Assembly (NCBI RefSeq): GCF_020745735.1
Contig: NC_083420.1
Span: 29,264,001-29,328,000 of the forward strand
Direction: 5' to 3'
Length of the DNA: 64,000 nt
From: Hemiscyllium ocellatum
Taxonomy: Eukaryota
In this document: piece by piece, positions 12,485-23,977 of the stretch
How the letters are laid out: each line of letters begins with the position of its first letter
Position numbering within the stretch: position 1 is the first letter of the stretch
Translations under genes and position numbers: made by a program
Notes under the pieces: model-generated
Database searches by the model: none
What the model was told of the DNA's origin: nothing
The model's input: the letters and a program-made list of their open reading frames with translations, nothing else

Positions 12485-14032
12485 AGGTCTAAAAATCAAT
12501 AAGTCTCCTGGCCCGATGGGCTACATCCTAGAGTTCTGAGAGAGGTGGCTGAGGAAGTAACAGAGGCGCTGAGTGTGATCTTTCAAAAATCAGTGAAGTC
12601 AGGGAAAGTCCCAGATGATTGGAAAATTGCGTTGTAACCCCCTTGTTCAAGAAAGGATCAAGACAAAAGATGGAAAATTATGGGCCGATTTGCTTCTAGA
12701 ATCCATCATTAAGGATGAGATTGCCAAGAATCTTGGAAATGAAGGTCGGATTAGAACAAGTCAGCATGGATTTAGTAAGGGGAGGTCGTGCCTGACAAAC
12801 CTGTTAGAATTCTTTGAAGAGGTCACAAGTAAATTAGACTAGGGAAACCCAGTGGATGTTATCTACCCAAAAGGCCTTTGAAAAGGTGTCTCATGGAAGG
12901 CTGCTAAGTAAGGTGAGGGCCCATGGTGTTCGAGGTGAGCTCCTGGCATGGATTGGGGATTGGCTGTCTGACAGAAGGCCGAGAGTTGGCATAAAAGGTT
13001 CTTTTTCAAAATGGCAGCTGGTGACAAGTGCGGTCCTGCAGGGTTCAGTGTTGGGGCCGCAGCTGTTCATTTTATATATTAATGATCTAGATGAAAAGAC
13101 TCGGGACATTGAGGTGAAGTTCGCCGATGATATAAGTTAGGCAGACAGGCAGGTAGTTGTGAGGAGGTGGGGAGCCTGCAGAAAGATTTAGACAGTTTAG
13201 GAGAGTGGTCCAGGAAATGGCTGATGAAATTTAACATGAGTAAGTGCGAGGTCTTGCACTTTGGAAAAAAGAATACAGGCATGGACTATTTTTTAAACGG
13301 TGAGAAAATTCATAAAACTAAAGTACAAAGGGATCTGGGAGCACTATTCCAGGATTCTCTAAAGGTTGACTTGCAGGTTAAGTCCATAATGAAGAAAGCG
13401 AATGTAATTATGTCATTTATCTCAAGGGGGTTAGAATTCAAAAGCAGTGACATGCTTCTGAGACTTTACAAAGCTCTGGTCAGGCCTCATTTAGAATACT
13501 GTATTCAATTTTGGGCCCCACACCTCAGGAAGGACATGCAGGCACTGGAGCGTGTCCAGTGGAGATTCACATGGATGATCCCTGGAATGGTAGGCATAAC
13601 AAATGATGATCAGCTGAGGATCCTGGGATTGTATTCATTTGAGTTTAGAAGGGTGAGGTGAGATCTAATAGAAACTTACAAGGTAATGCATGGCTTAGAA
13701 AGGGTGGATGCTGGGAAGTTGTTTCAGTTAGGCTGGGAGACTAGGACCCATGGGGACAGCCTTAAAATTAGAGGTAGTCAATTTAAAATGGAAATGAGGG
13801 GACATTTCTTCAGCCAGAGAGTGATGGGCCTGTGGAATTCATTGCCACAGGATGCAGTGGAGGCCAGGACATGGGGTGTCTTTAAGGCAGAGATGGATAA
13901 ATTCCAGATCTCACAAGGAATTAAAGACTACAGGAAAAGTGCGGGTAAGTGGAATTGAAACGCCCATCAGCCATGATTAAATGGCGGAGTGGACTCGAAT
14001 GGCCTTGCTTCTACACCTATGTCTTTATGTCT
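12485..14032 (+). mobile_element. CR1-type LINE, 5'-truncated RT region
   Basis: Motifs QHGFSKGRSCLTNLLEFFEEV, QGSVLGPQLF, KFADD, LVRPHLEYC and WNSLPQ, followed by a 3' tail. An older CR1 piece precedes it at about 12240-12420. Confidence 0.92.
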
Positions 14033-14951
14033 TATGGAAAATGATTGTGACAACATCCAGGGTGGGCAGAGTCAGAGTCAATATGACGGATGAAAACACA
14101 TCTGCTAAGACATTGAAGGGCAGATACATGAATCATGTGCTTGCAAACCACAGCTACATTTAATTTACAGCCATTCCATTGTCCATTTGCAATGCATACA
14201 GAGCCAACACATTTAGGGTTGAAATGCTGATTGAAGGCAATTTGCCATTTGTCCTTGCAAATTGAACATTGATGTCTCAATGTAGCATAAGTTAGTGGCG
14301 ATAGAAAAAGAGGGGAATGATGGCCAAAAGTAACCCATAATTTGTGACACCCACAAGGCTGCTGTAGAAAGTGAATATAATCACTTCATCATTTGTCATG
14401 TAAGTATTATGATGGATTCTAGTGAATACAATTATAGAGTTGATGTGGGGCTAGGTTGGAAAGGTATTTGGGGTTCAGCAGGCACTCTCCCTTTTGCTGT
14501 TATGTTGGTCACTCAGCCGGTGTGGCAGCTTCACAAAGTTGGTGCACATGCTGAGGCTGAAACTGAATGAATGATGGAGACATGGCCCTGATTATCAGAA
14601 AGCTGCATGTCTCACTCTCTGATGGAGTGTGTGCACAACCCTCATCTGCAATGTGTGCCACCACTGTGTTCAGATCCTGATTTGTTTCTTATGTTCCCAA
14701 CATAAGTCATTGCCAGCAAGAGTCCTGTGTCCAGCCACTGTTGGGATATTGGTCTCTTTGGCTGCCTTCCTAAGAAGGCAAAGGTGGACACAGGAGGACC
14801 AGAGTCAATGGTAAGCCCAAGAGCAGCAGCAACCCATTACTAAGGCCAAGGAGTGTCTGCCGTTGAAGGGTCCTCTAGGACACATCAGGTCAGTAGGAGG
14901 ACTAGAGATTTTGCCTCCATCTCCATTTCCTTCCAACGAGCAAGACACAGG

Positions 14952-16216
14952 TGAAAGTGAGGACTGTAGATGCTGGAGATCAGAGTTGATAAGTGTGGCA
15001 CTGGTAAAGCACAGCAGGTCAGGCAGCATCCGAAAAGCAGAACTGTAGGGGGATTGGAGGGGAAGGAGACTTTGAGATAAATAGGAGGGGTGGGTAGGGA
15101 TGGGGGCAAGTTGGCAGGGAAGGTGGTAAGTACATGCAAGTGGGGGGTGATGGTGATAGGTCGGAGGGGAGGGTGGAGTGGATAGGTGGGAAGGAAGATG
15201 AACAAGTTGGACAGTTCAAGAGGGCAGTGCTGAGTTGGAGGGTTAGATCTGGGGGGGGGGGAACGATGAGAAAACTGGCAAAATAGATGTTGATGCCGTG
15301 TGGTTGGACGGTCCCAAGGGGAAAGCTGGGATTTGGCTGGGATTTGGCAGTGGTGGAGGCCCAAGACTTGCACGCCCTTGGCTGGGTGGGTGGGATGTTG
15401 AAGTGTTCGGCCAAAGGATGGTGGGATGGTTTGGTGCGTGTGTCCCAGAGATGTTCTCTGGAACGTTCAGTGAGTTGGTGTCCTGCTTCCCCAATGTAGA
15501 GGAGATCACATTGAGAGCAATAGATGAGGTGTTAACTGTGCAGGAAAATCTCTGCCGAATGTGGAAGGACCCTTTGCGACCTTGGACAGAGGTGAGGGGA
15601 AAGTGTGGGTGCAGGTTTTACACATCTTGCGGCAGCAAAGGAAGGTGCTGGGAATGGAGGGTCGGTTAGTGTGCGATGTGGGCCTAACAAGGAGTTGAAA
15701 GTGGTGGGGCGGGACATACATCTCTGGTGGTGGGGTCTGACTGTAGGTGGCGGAAATGGCAGAGGATGAGGCGCTGAATCCTGAGATTGGTGGGCTAAAG
15801 GTAAGGAGCAGGGAGATTCTATCCGTGTTGGACTTCGAACAGTGTGGTTCAAGGGTGGAGGTGCAGGAAATGGAGGAGATACGCAGGAAGACATTGTTGA
15901 CCACGTGAGAGGGGAAATTGCAGTCCTTGAAATAAGACGCCGTCTGGGATGTTCTGGAGTGGAATTGTTCCTCCTGAGAGCACGGATGACTGAGACGGAG
16001 GAATTGGGAATAAGGAATAGCATTTTTACTGGATGGGGTGTGGCAGATGTGCAGTCCAGTCAGCTGTGGGAGTCAGTCGGTTTGAAGTAGATGTCCGTGT
16101 TGAGTCAGTCATCAGAAATTGAGACAGATAGGTCCAGGAAGAGAAGGAGGTGTCTGAGGTGATCCAGTTGAGCTTGAGGTCAGGGTGGAAGGTGTTTGTG
16201 AAGTTGATGAACTGTT
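14952..16216 (-). mobile_element. Penelope-like element, 5'-truncated, inverted relative to the neighbouring copy, different subfamily
   Basis: Reverse-strand homology to the end of RT (FINFTNTFHPDLKL), the GIY-YIG region and the 3' UTR (GATGCTGCCTGACCTGCTGTGCTT...CCAGCATCT). Confidence 0.85.
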
Positions 16217-16859
16217 GATGACAAGCAGGATAAGGTAGTGACACAGGTTCTGTATGGAACCTGCGCCCACACCTCCTCCCTCAACTCCATCCAAGGCCCA
16301 AAATGAACCTTCCACATCCAAAGTTTTACCTGCACATCCACCAATATCATTTATTGTATCTGTTGCTCCCAATGCGGTTTCCTCTACATTGGGGAGACTG
16401 GATGCCTCCTACCAGAGCGCTTTAGGGAATATCTCCGGGACACCCACACCAATCAACACACCGCCCTGTGGCCCAACATTTCAACTCCCCCTCCCACTCT
16501 GCCGAGGACATGGAGGTCCTGGGCCTCCTTCACCGCCGCTCCCTCACCACCAGACGCCTGGAGGAAGAACGCCTCATCTTCCACCTCGGAACACTTCAAC
16601 CCCAGGGCATCAATGCGGACTTCAAGAGTTTCCTCATTTCCTCTTCTCCCACCTCACCCTAGTTCCAAACTTCCAGCTCAGCACTGTCCCCATGACATGT
16701 CCTACCTGCCTATCTTCTTTTCCACCTATCTACTCCACCCTCCTCCCTGATCTATCACCTTCATCCCCTCCCCACTCACCTATTGTACTCTATGCTACTT
16801 TCTCCCCACCCCCACCCTCCTCTAGCTTATCTCTCCACCCTTCAGGCTCTCTGCCTTTA

Positions 16860-16893
16860 TTCCTGATGAAGGGCTTTTGCCCGAAACGTTGAT
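16860..16893 (+). ncRNA. Minimal hammerhead ribozyme in the 5' pseudo-LTR
   Basis: CTGATGA(16863)-A-GGGC-TTTT-GCCC-GAAAC-GTT. Confidence 0.75.
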
Positions 16894-19800
16894 TTTACCT
16901 GCTCCTCGGATGCTGCCTGAACTGCTGTGCTCTTCCAGCACCACTAATCCAGAATTTAGTTTCCAGCATCTGCAGTCATTGTTTTTACCTAGTTGATTTT
17001 AATCCTACTGTGAATCCTCTTGCAAGGATGCCTGCCTTGAAGAAGTTTTCCTCCTCTCTCTACAAGAATCTCAGGGAGTCCCCCTCCCATTGCAACTCCC
17101 AGGTCATTTCCTCTGCCCTGAAGCTCTTCAACCATGTCCTGAAACAAACTCGCTACCACAGCCACATTTGCTTCCTCAGTGCGTGCCTCCATAACCAACT
17201 CATCCCACTCGGACTCCGGACCACCTTGAAACCAGCAGAGTTCGGACCCGAACAGGACAAACAGTAGAGACTACAGATTCAAAAACACCAACAACGGTTC
17301 TCCTTCAAGATCCTCCACTCCACGTTTGCAGCAGTGCGCTGGCACCTAACCTCTCTATAGTCAGCCCTGCCTCAGCTGAGGGCCACACTCTCTCAGAATT
17401 GCAAAGGACCCACATCCTCAGGAGAATTCATACTGTCAACAAACAGTATTTCAACTCCATCTCAAACATCAAAAACTATAAGTACAACAAACTTTTAACA
17501 ACCCACCTCCATAACCAGCACTCCTCAAACATTCCAGAAGATTCCCCCGGCCTCTGGAACTGCACGGATGCCATTAGCCATGCGACTGGTGCAGCTGCCA
17601 CACCCACACTGATTGATGATGTCACTTCCGCCCCATCATGGCCACTCCCACAGCCACTTCCGCTCCTCACAATTCCTCATGCATCACATGTGATATCATT
17701 TCCACCCCTCACATCATCGCTGATGTCACACGCTCAGTGACTTCCGTCTCCCCTACTGCCAATTCTGACACCACTTCGCCCCCACCAATGCCACTCACCT
17801 GCATTCTGCTGACATGTCCCCCACAGATCCCACTGTCACCCTTCCCGGCCCCCAGAGCCCTGAGGGGAACACCACCCCTGCTCATGACTCCACCCTCATT
17901 CACCATCACACCCACTCCAGTTACCGGCTCCACCCTCACTCCCAGCTCCACACCCACACTAGATCCCAGCTCCCAGCCCTGCCGAGTTTTCACCATCCCT
18001 CCAGATCTCCCCCTCACTGAGGACGAACAATCAGTCCTCGGCAAAGGACTCACCTTCATCCCCCTCCATCCACGCATCAATGAATTTAATACACACTGTG
18101 ACGTCGAACACTTCTTCTGCCTCCTCCACCTCCGAGCTTACTTTCACAATCAGGACTGCACCCACCTTCCAGGGACCCCTTCGCCTGCCTCCTACACACT
18201 GCATCCACCTGGACACCCTGCGCTGGCCTACTTCCTGCCCTCGACCTCTTCATTTCCAACTGCCGCCGGGACATTAACCGCCTCAACCTGTCTACACCCC
18301 TCCCCCACTCCAACTTCTCACCCTCACAACGCGCAGCCCTCCAATTCCTCTGCTCCAATCCCAACCTCACCATCAAGCCAGCAGATAAAGGGGGCGTAGT
18401 GGTAGTCTGGCGCACTGACCTCTACACTGCTGAAGCCAAATGCCAACTCGAGGACACCTCTTCCTACCAGGACCCCACCCCCCAACTCCCAAACCATACA
18501 GAATCTCATCACCTCAGGAGATCTCCCACCCACAGCTTCCAATCTCATAGTCCGGTTCTACCTCCTTCCCAAGATCCACAAGCCTGACCACCCTGGCCGA
18601 CGCATTGTCTCAGCATGCTCCTGCCCAACTGAACTCATTTCAACCTACCTCGACACTATCCTATCCCCCCTAGTCCAGGAACTCCCCACATACGTTCAAG
18701 ACACCACCCATGCCCTCCACCTCCTCCAAGAATTCCGTTTCCCCAGCCCCCAAAGCCTCATCTTTACCATGGATATCCAATCCCTCTACACCTCCATCCA
18801 CCATAACCAGGGCCTCCAAGCCCTCAGTTTTTCCTCTCCTGGCGTCCCCAACAGTACCCTTCCAATGACACTCTCATTTGTTTGGCCGAACTGGTCCTCA
18901 TCCTTAACAATTTCTCTTTCGAATCCTCCCACTTCCTCCAGACCAAAGGGGTAGCCATGGGAACACGTATGGGCCCCAGCTATGCCTGTCTCTTTGTTGG
19001 CTACGTAGACCAGTCAACCTTCTATGATTATACCAAGACCACTCCCCACCTCTTCCTCCACTACATTGATGACTGCATTGGCGCCACCTCGTGCTCCCGC
19101 GAGGAGGTTGAGCAATTCATCAACTTCACCTACACATTCCACCCTGACCTTAAATTTACCTGGATCATCTCTGACACCTCCCTCCCTTCCTGGACCTCTC
19201 CATCCCCATTAATGATGACTGACTTGACACTGACATTTTTTACAAACCCACCGACTCCCACAGCTACCTGATTTACACCTCTTCCCACCCTACCTCTTGC
19301 AAAAATGCCATCCCGTATTCTGAATTCCTCCGCCTCCGCCGTATCTGCTCCCAGGAGGACCAGATCCACCACAGAACACACCAGATGGCCTCCTTCTTTA
19401 GAGACCACAATTTCCCTTCTCATGTGGTTAAAGATGCCCTTCAACGCATCTCGTCCACATCCCACACCTCCGCCCTCAGACCCCACCCCTCCAACAGTAA
19501 CATAAACCAAATCATCCGCCGACATTTCCACCACCTCCAAAAAGACCCCACTACCAGATATATATTTCCCTCCCCATCCCTTTCTGCCTTCCGCAAAGAC
19601 AGTTCCCTCTGTGACTACCTGGTCAGTTCCACGACCCCCTACAACCCACCGTCTCATCCTGGCACCTTCCCCTGCCACAGCAGGAATTGTAAAACCTGTG
19701 CCCACACCTCCTCCCTCACCTCCATCCAAGGCCCTAAAGGAGCCTTCCATATCCATCAAAGTTTTACTTGCACATCCACCAGTATCATTTATTGTATCCG

Positions 19801-20298
19801 TTGCTCCCGATGTGGTCTCCTCTACATTGGGGAGACTGGACACCTCCTACCAGAGCGCGTTAGGGAACATCTCCGGGGCACCGGCACTAATCAACACACC
19901 GCCCTGTGGCCCAAAATTTCAACTCCCCCTCCCACTCTGCCGAGGACATGGAGGTCCTGGGCCTCCTTCACCGCCGCTCCCTCACCACCAGACGCCTGGA
20001 GGAAGAACGCCTCATCTTCCACCTCAGAACACTTCAACCCCAGGGTCTCAATGTGGACTTCAACAGTTTCCTCATTTCCCCTTCGCCCACCTCACCCTAG
20101 TTCCAAACTTCCAGCTCAGCACTGACCCCATGACTTGTCCTGCCTGCCTATCTTCTTTTCCACCCATCCACTCTACCCTCCTCCCTGACCTGTCACCTTC
20201 ATCCCCTCCTCCACTCACCTATTGTACTCTATGCTACTTTCTCCCCACCCCCACCCTCCTCTCATTTATCTCTCCATCCTTCAGGCTCTCTGCCTTTA

Positions 20299-20332
20299 TT
20301 TCTGATGAAGGGCTTTTGCCCGAAACGTCGAT
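20299..20332 (+). ncRNA. Minimal hammerhead ribozyme in the 3' pseudo-LTR
   Basis: CTGATGA(20302)-A-GGGC-TTTT-GCCC-GAAAC-GTC. Intact core with a GUC cleavage triplet. Confidence 0.8.
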
Positions 20333-20464
20333 TTTCCTGCTCCTCGGATGCTGCCTGAACTGCTGTGCTCTTCCAGCACCAATAATCCAGAAATAGATTC
20401 TGTATGTCCCAGGATAACATGCTGGAACTTTAACAGCTGTTAGAGTAAACCCTGGGGACTGCAG

Positions 20465-20610
20465 GAGTGGGAGACCATTCTCTTCCAATGACTGTGGCTA
20501 CAGCCATGATGGACATAGTTCAAGTAGCGTCTTCCTGAGTGACTTGTGCGGGATTTCTCAGTCGTTCCCCCACAAACACGTCAAGGCAGTGACTGATCCC
20601 ATTTGTGCAA
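20465..20610 (+). mobile_element. PIF/Harbinger transposase remnant
   Basis: 20541-20609 translates DLCGISQSFPHKHVKAVTDPICA, preceded by GDHSLPMTVATA. This resembles the HARBI1-family HTH region. Confidence 0.5.
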
Positions 20611-20939
20611 GTTCACACAGATTACTTTATTTGTTGTTTAATAAGGTTCAGTTATTTCATACAATGGAAAAGTATGCAAAACAGGTGGGCAAAAAAATGA
20701 GGTAACTCCAGGAGCCATGGGTTTGGACAATGTGTTCAAAGTTTAACAATACTGTGAGGTCTCAGGCTTTGGGTATATTGCAAGGGTGGGATGCCGATTT
20801 GCTACAGTCTATAAACACTGGGATTTTGTTTTGGGGACCATCAGAGGAGAGCCGAAGGGTCTGTTTCCACGCTGTATGACTCTGAGACTAACACTAAGAC
20901 CTTGTGATTTGGGGTGTGCAGTGGAGGGCCCCCAAGCTG

Positions 20940-21020
20940 CAATACCGAGACAGGCCAGCGGGTGGCGCAGGATGTGGCTGCGTGTTTCCGGTTGCTGGAT
21001 TGCGGTGGACAATGGCGGCG
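20940..21020 (+). promoter_or_regulatory. ECI1 CpG-enriched, apparently TATA-less promoter with ETS-like and YY1-like motifs
   Basis: Local CpG enrichment, TTTCCGGT (ETS/GABP-like) at about 20985-20992, and AATGGCGGC (YY1-like) overlapping the start codon. Confidence 0.5.
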
Positions 21021-21051
21021 CTGCTGAAAGGGCTGCGTTTGGTTAGTTCAG
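21012..21051 (+). CDS. ECI1: Enoyl-CoA delta isomerase 1, exon 1 (start of mitochondrial presequence)
   Basis: ACAATGG Kozak context, MAALLKGLRLVSS, donor CAG|GTGTGT (phase 1, compatible with exon 2). Confidence 0.75.
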
Positions 21052-22104
21052 GTGTGTGTCTGTGACACTCAGATCTTGTAACTCGCCGCTGTGGAGCTCG
21101 TTGTCGTGAAGCCAGATTTAGGGGTTTATTTCAGTTCAGTCGGTGGCCCGGTACCTGATTGTTGGTGTACCCTGCAATCTGCTGGACAGCACAGAGCTCC
21201 CTGGTCACTAACTATACCCACTTACTCCAAAACCGATAACATACTGCTTGTCTATATCCTCTGATAAGTGTTTGCATTATCTACTGCAAGTGACTTCAGT
21301 ATCTCTGTAAATCTACGCTTTTTTGTCCTTTCTGCACTGTGTGCCCCGGGGCTAAAGTTTACATTTGTCACCACTGAATTTTATTTGTTTCTCAATCATA
21401 TTCAGGCATTTTGACATTGACTTGGTGTGCTCGTGACTGTTTGCAATCTCCATGCAAGTCCAACTTGGTGTCCTTGTTAAGTTTTATACTTTTACCGTGA
21501 CTAGTTGCCATGTAATTGATGTATATTAACAGCATAAATAATAAAGTATCAATAATGCACTAATTGCCACCTACTATATAATAGTTTGTGACTCATTTGT
21601 TGCATTGTATCAAATTTAATACATACCCAGTTGTTCATACATTTCTAATGTATACACTAAATTCATAAACAGACCTGTAACAAAAACTCTGCTGAAATCT
21701 AAACTGGTATTAACAAAATTTACTTTAGCCACAAGCTCAGTTAGCTCACAATGCACAGCACAGAAACTGGTTGTAACACCTTTATATGGAATCCAGGTTA
21801 CATTATTTCTTTTTTAATTTGGATTTGTTTTCATAAAATAACATGCTCCTCTGGCTGGTTCTCTTTGCACCAATTCATGTGCTTTGAGATTTTCACTATC
21901 CTATATCTTTAATTAACTTCAACTCTGACATGTGATCTAATTGTCACTTTTGGAATGGGGGCCAATTACTTTGAACACTTTGGACTTAGTCCGCCCTTGG
22001 TGCAGTCCACCCTTCAGGTTCTACTTTTGATTGCTCCTTTTCAGTTTATTGTTGATCTGCTTCAAAGTATCATTTGGTAGCTGTAACTTGTTTTTGTCTT
22101 TCAG

Positions 22105-22242
22105 GAAACTTATCACTTTATGGCATTAAAAGTTTACAGTATAAATCAACAAGGATTTTGTGCCAGTTGCCATGCAAATCATCATACCAAAGGAGACCGT
22201 TCTCAAATAAGAACATGACAGTGGAACTTGACAGCAATACAG
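22105..22242 (+). CDS. ECI1: ECI1 exon 2
   Basis: Acceptor TTTCAG, then GNLSLYG...RRPFSNKNMTVELDSNTG, donor AG|GTAATT. 138 nt, phase 1/1. Confidence 0.85.
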
Positions 22243-23132
22243 GTAATTTCAAAAGTTCATGTGTGTTGTGATTTAGGAGAGCTAATGAATGGCACATGAT
22301 ATTCAGTTAATTGTTTGATAAAGCATTAATTGTATAATTTATTTTCAATGTAGAACAATAGCTATATTTCTGTGGTATGTAGTTACATTGACCTTAGCAG
22401 CATGTCATTGAGTGAAGTTCAAACTCTACCCATCATGGAATAGAGGCCTTCTGAAACAGGCTCTTGGAAAATCAGGCTGAATGATCTTCTCTGTAAAGTT
22501 CAGCTTTATTCTTTTGAGGCAAGTGTTGGAGAGAAAAGTGCACCCCACCCTTGTGTTCTAATAGGAGCAAGATCATTGGGTTGATCGAGTCCCAGTGAAT
22601 TGGCTTCCTTTGCAGAAAGTTGTCTATTATGCTGTCAGGAATCCCAAGGAATGCTATATGTCCGGATAATAACAATGTTCACTTCCAAATCCAAGGTGAA
22701 TGATGTGTTCTGTTGAAATGAAATGTGGCAGAAGACCAAGCTGAGACCCTAACTGAATGGAGGCTTGTGAAGATTTAGTATCCTAATTATTGGAATATTG
22801 GAAATACATGAGTTTTTTTCACATTTATTCAATTTTCAAATTTATACAACAGAATTCTGAATGAATATCACCTAAGATGGAATCTACCATCTAACAATTT
22901 TTAAGGGACAATTCGTTTGACTTTTTGTAGCAATCTTCCAACTTCCTATGCCTATTTAAAATCCTACTTTGGCAAAGCAGTCAATCCATGAACAGCTGGA
23001 TGTCCAAGTTTGTTTTGGTTGGCAAAAGGCCATGAATGTACCTCAAATCTCGGCTCCCAAACAAGAAGAAAGACAAAGGTTCTTTCTGACTCGACAGCTG
23101 TAATGCAAGTGTAGCTTATTCCTCTCTCCAGA

Positions 23133-23520
23133 ACATTACTCTGCCTCTCTGCTTTTAAACTCAATCCCTGTAGCAAAGAAGGACAAAATTCCATTTGCCT
23201 TCCCAATTACCTGTTGTACCTGCAGACCAACCTTCTGTGATTCATGCACAAGGACACTCAGGTCCCTCTGCACAGCAGCATGCTGCAACTTTTTACCATT
23301 CACGAGTTCGTCCTTTTTACTGTTTCTCCTATCGAAATGGATAACTTTGCATTTGTGAATATTGTATTCCATCTGCCAGACCTTTGCCCACTCACTTAAA
23401 CTACTATGTTCCTCTGCAAAGTTTTACACTCCTGCGCATTTTGCTGTGCCACTCATCTAAGTGTCACCTGCAAATTCCGACACACTACACGTCGTCCCCA
23501 ACTCCAAATCATCTATATAA
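23133..23520 (-). mobile_element. CR1-type LINE RT fragment
   Basis: Translates MEYNIHKCKVIHF...VQRDLSVLVHES. Confidence 0.8.
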
Positions 23521-23977
23521 TTTAGAATAAAGTTGATGAGCTTATGGCACAAATAGAGCCAAATGGGTATGACCTGGTGGGGATTACTGAGATGTGGTTA
23601 CAGGAAGATCAGGACTGGGAGTTAAAGGTACTCAGTATTCCAAAAGGAGTAAAGAAGGTGCAAGAGGTGAAGTTGCTTTAGTGATTAAAGATGACATCAA
23701 GGCTGTATTAAGAAATTATTTTGGCATTAGGGACCAAAATGGTGAAAATAAAACCCAAGGGAAGAAACCTCTTGGTAGGAGTAATTTGCAGGTCCCTGAA
23801 GAGTACTTCCAAAGTAGGGCATTGTATGATCCAGGAAATAATGAGGCCTTGTGAGAGGATCACAAGGGAATTATGGGTGATTTGAACATGCATATTGTCT
23901 GGATTAATCAACTTGACAAGGATAGCCTTGAAGAAAGGTTCAGAGTGTGTATGAGGGATTGTTTCTTAGAACAACTT

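Larger units (their letters stand above)
16257..20394 (+). mobile_element. Penelope-like retroelement (Neptune-like), partial tandem with about 0.7-kb pseudo-LTRs; ORF about 17028-20100, disrupted
   Basis: RT motifs MDIQSLYTSI, QTKGVAMGTRMGPSYACLF and YIDD. Cys linker PCHSRNCKTC. GIY-YIG motif IIYCIRCSRCGLLYIGETG...REH. Direct repeats at about 16258-16953 and 19693-20392. Flanked by AGGTTCTGTATG (16245-16256) and AGATTCTGTATG (20395-20406). Confidence 0.93.

Noticed and set aside
16241-16270. Hairpin CAGGTTC/GAACCTG at the PLE 5' junction
   Set aside because: Only 7 bp are perfect. It may reflect junction microhomology but cannot be distinguished from chance.
17399-20488. Many long Pro/Ser/Thr-rich and Gly/Val-rich ORFs on both strands
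   Set aside because: These are alternative-frame and antisense shadows of the C-rich Penelope ORF.
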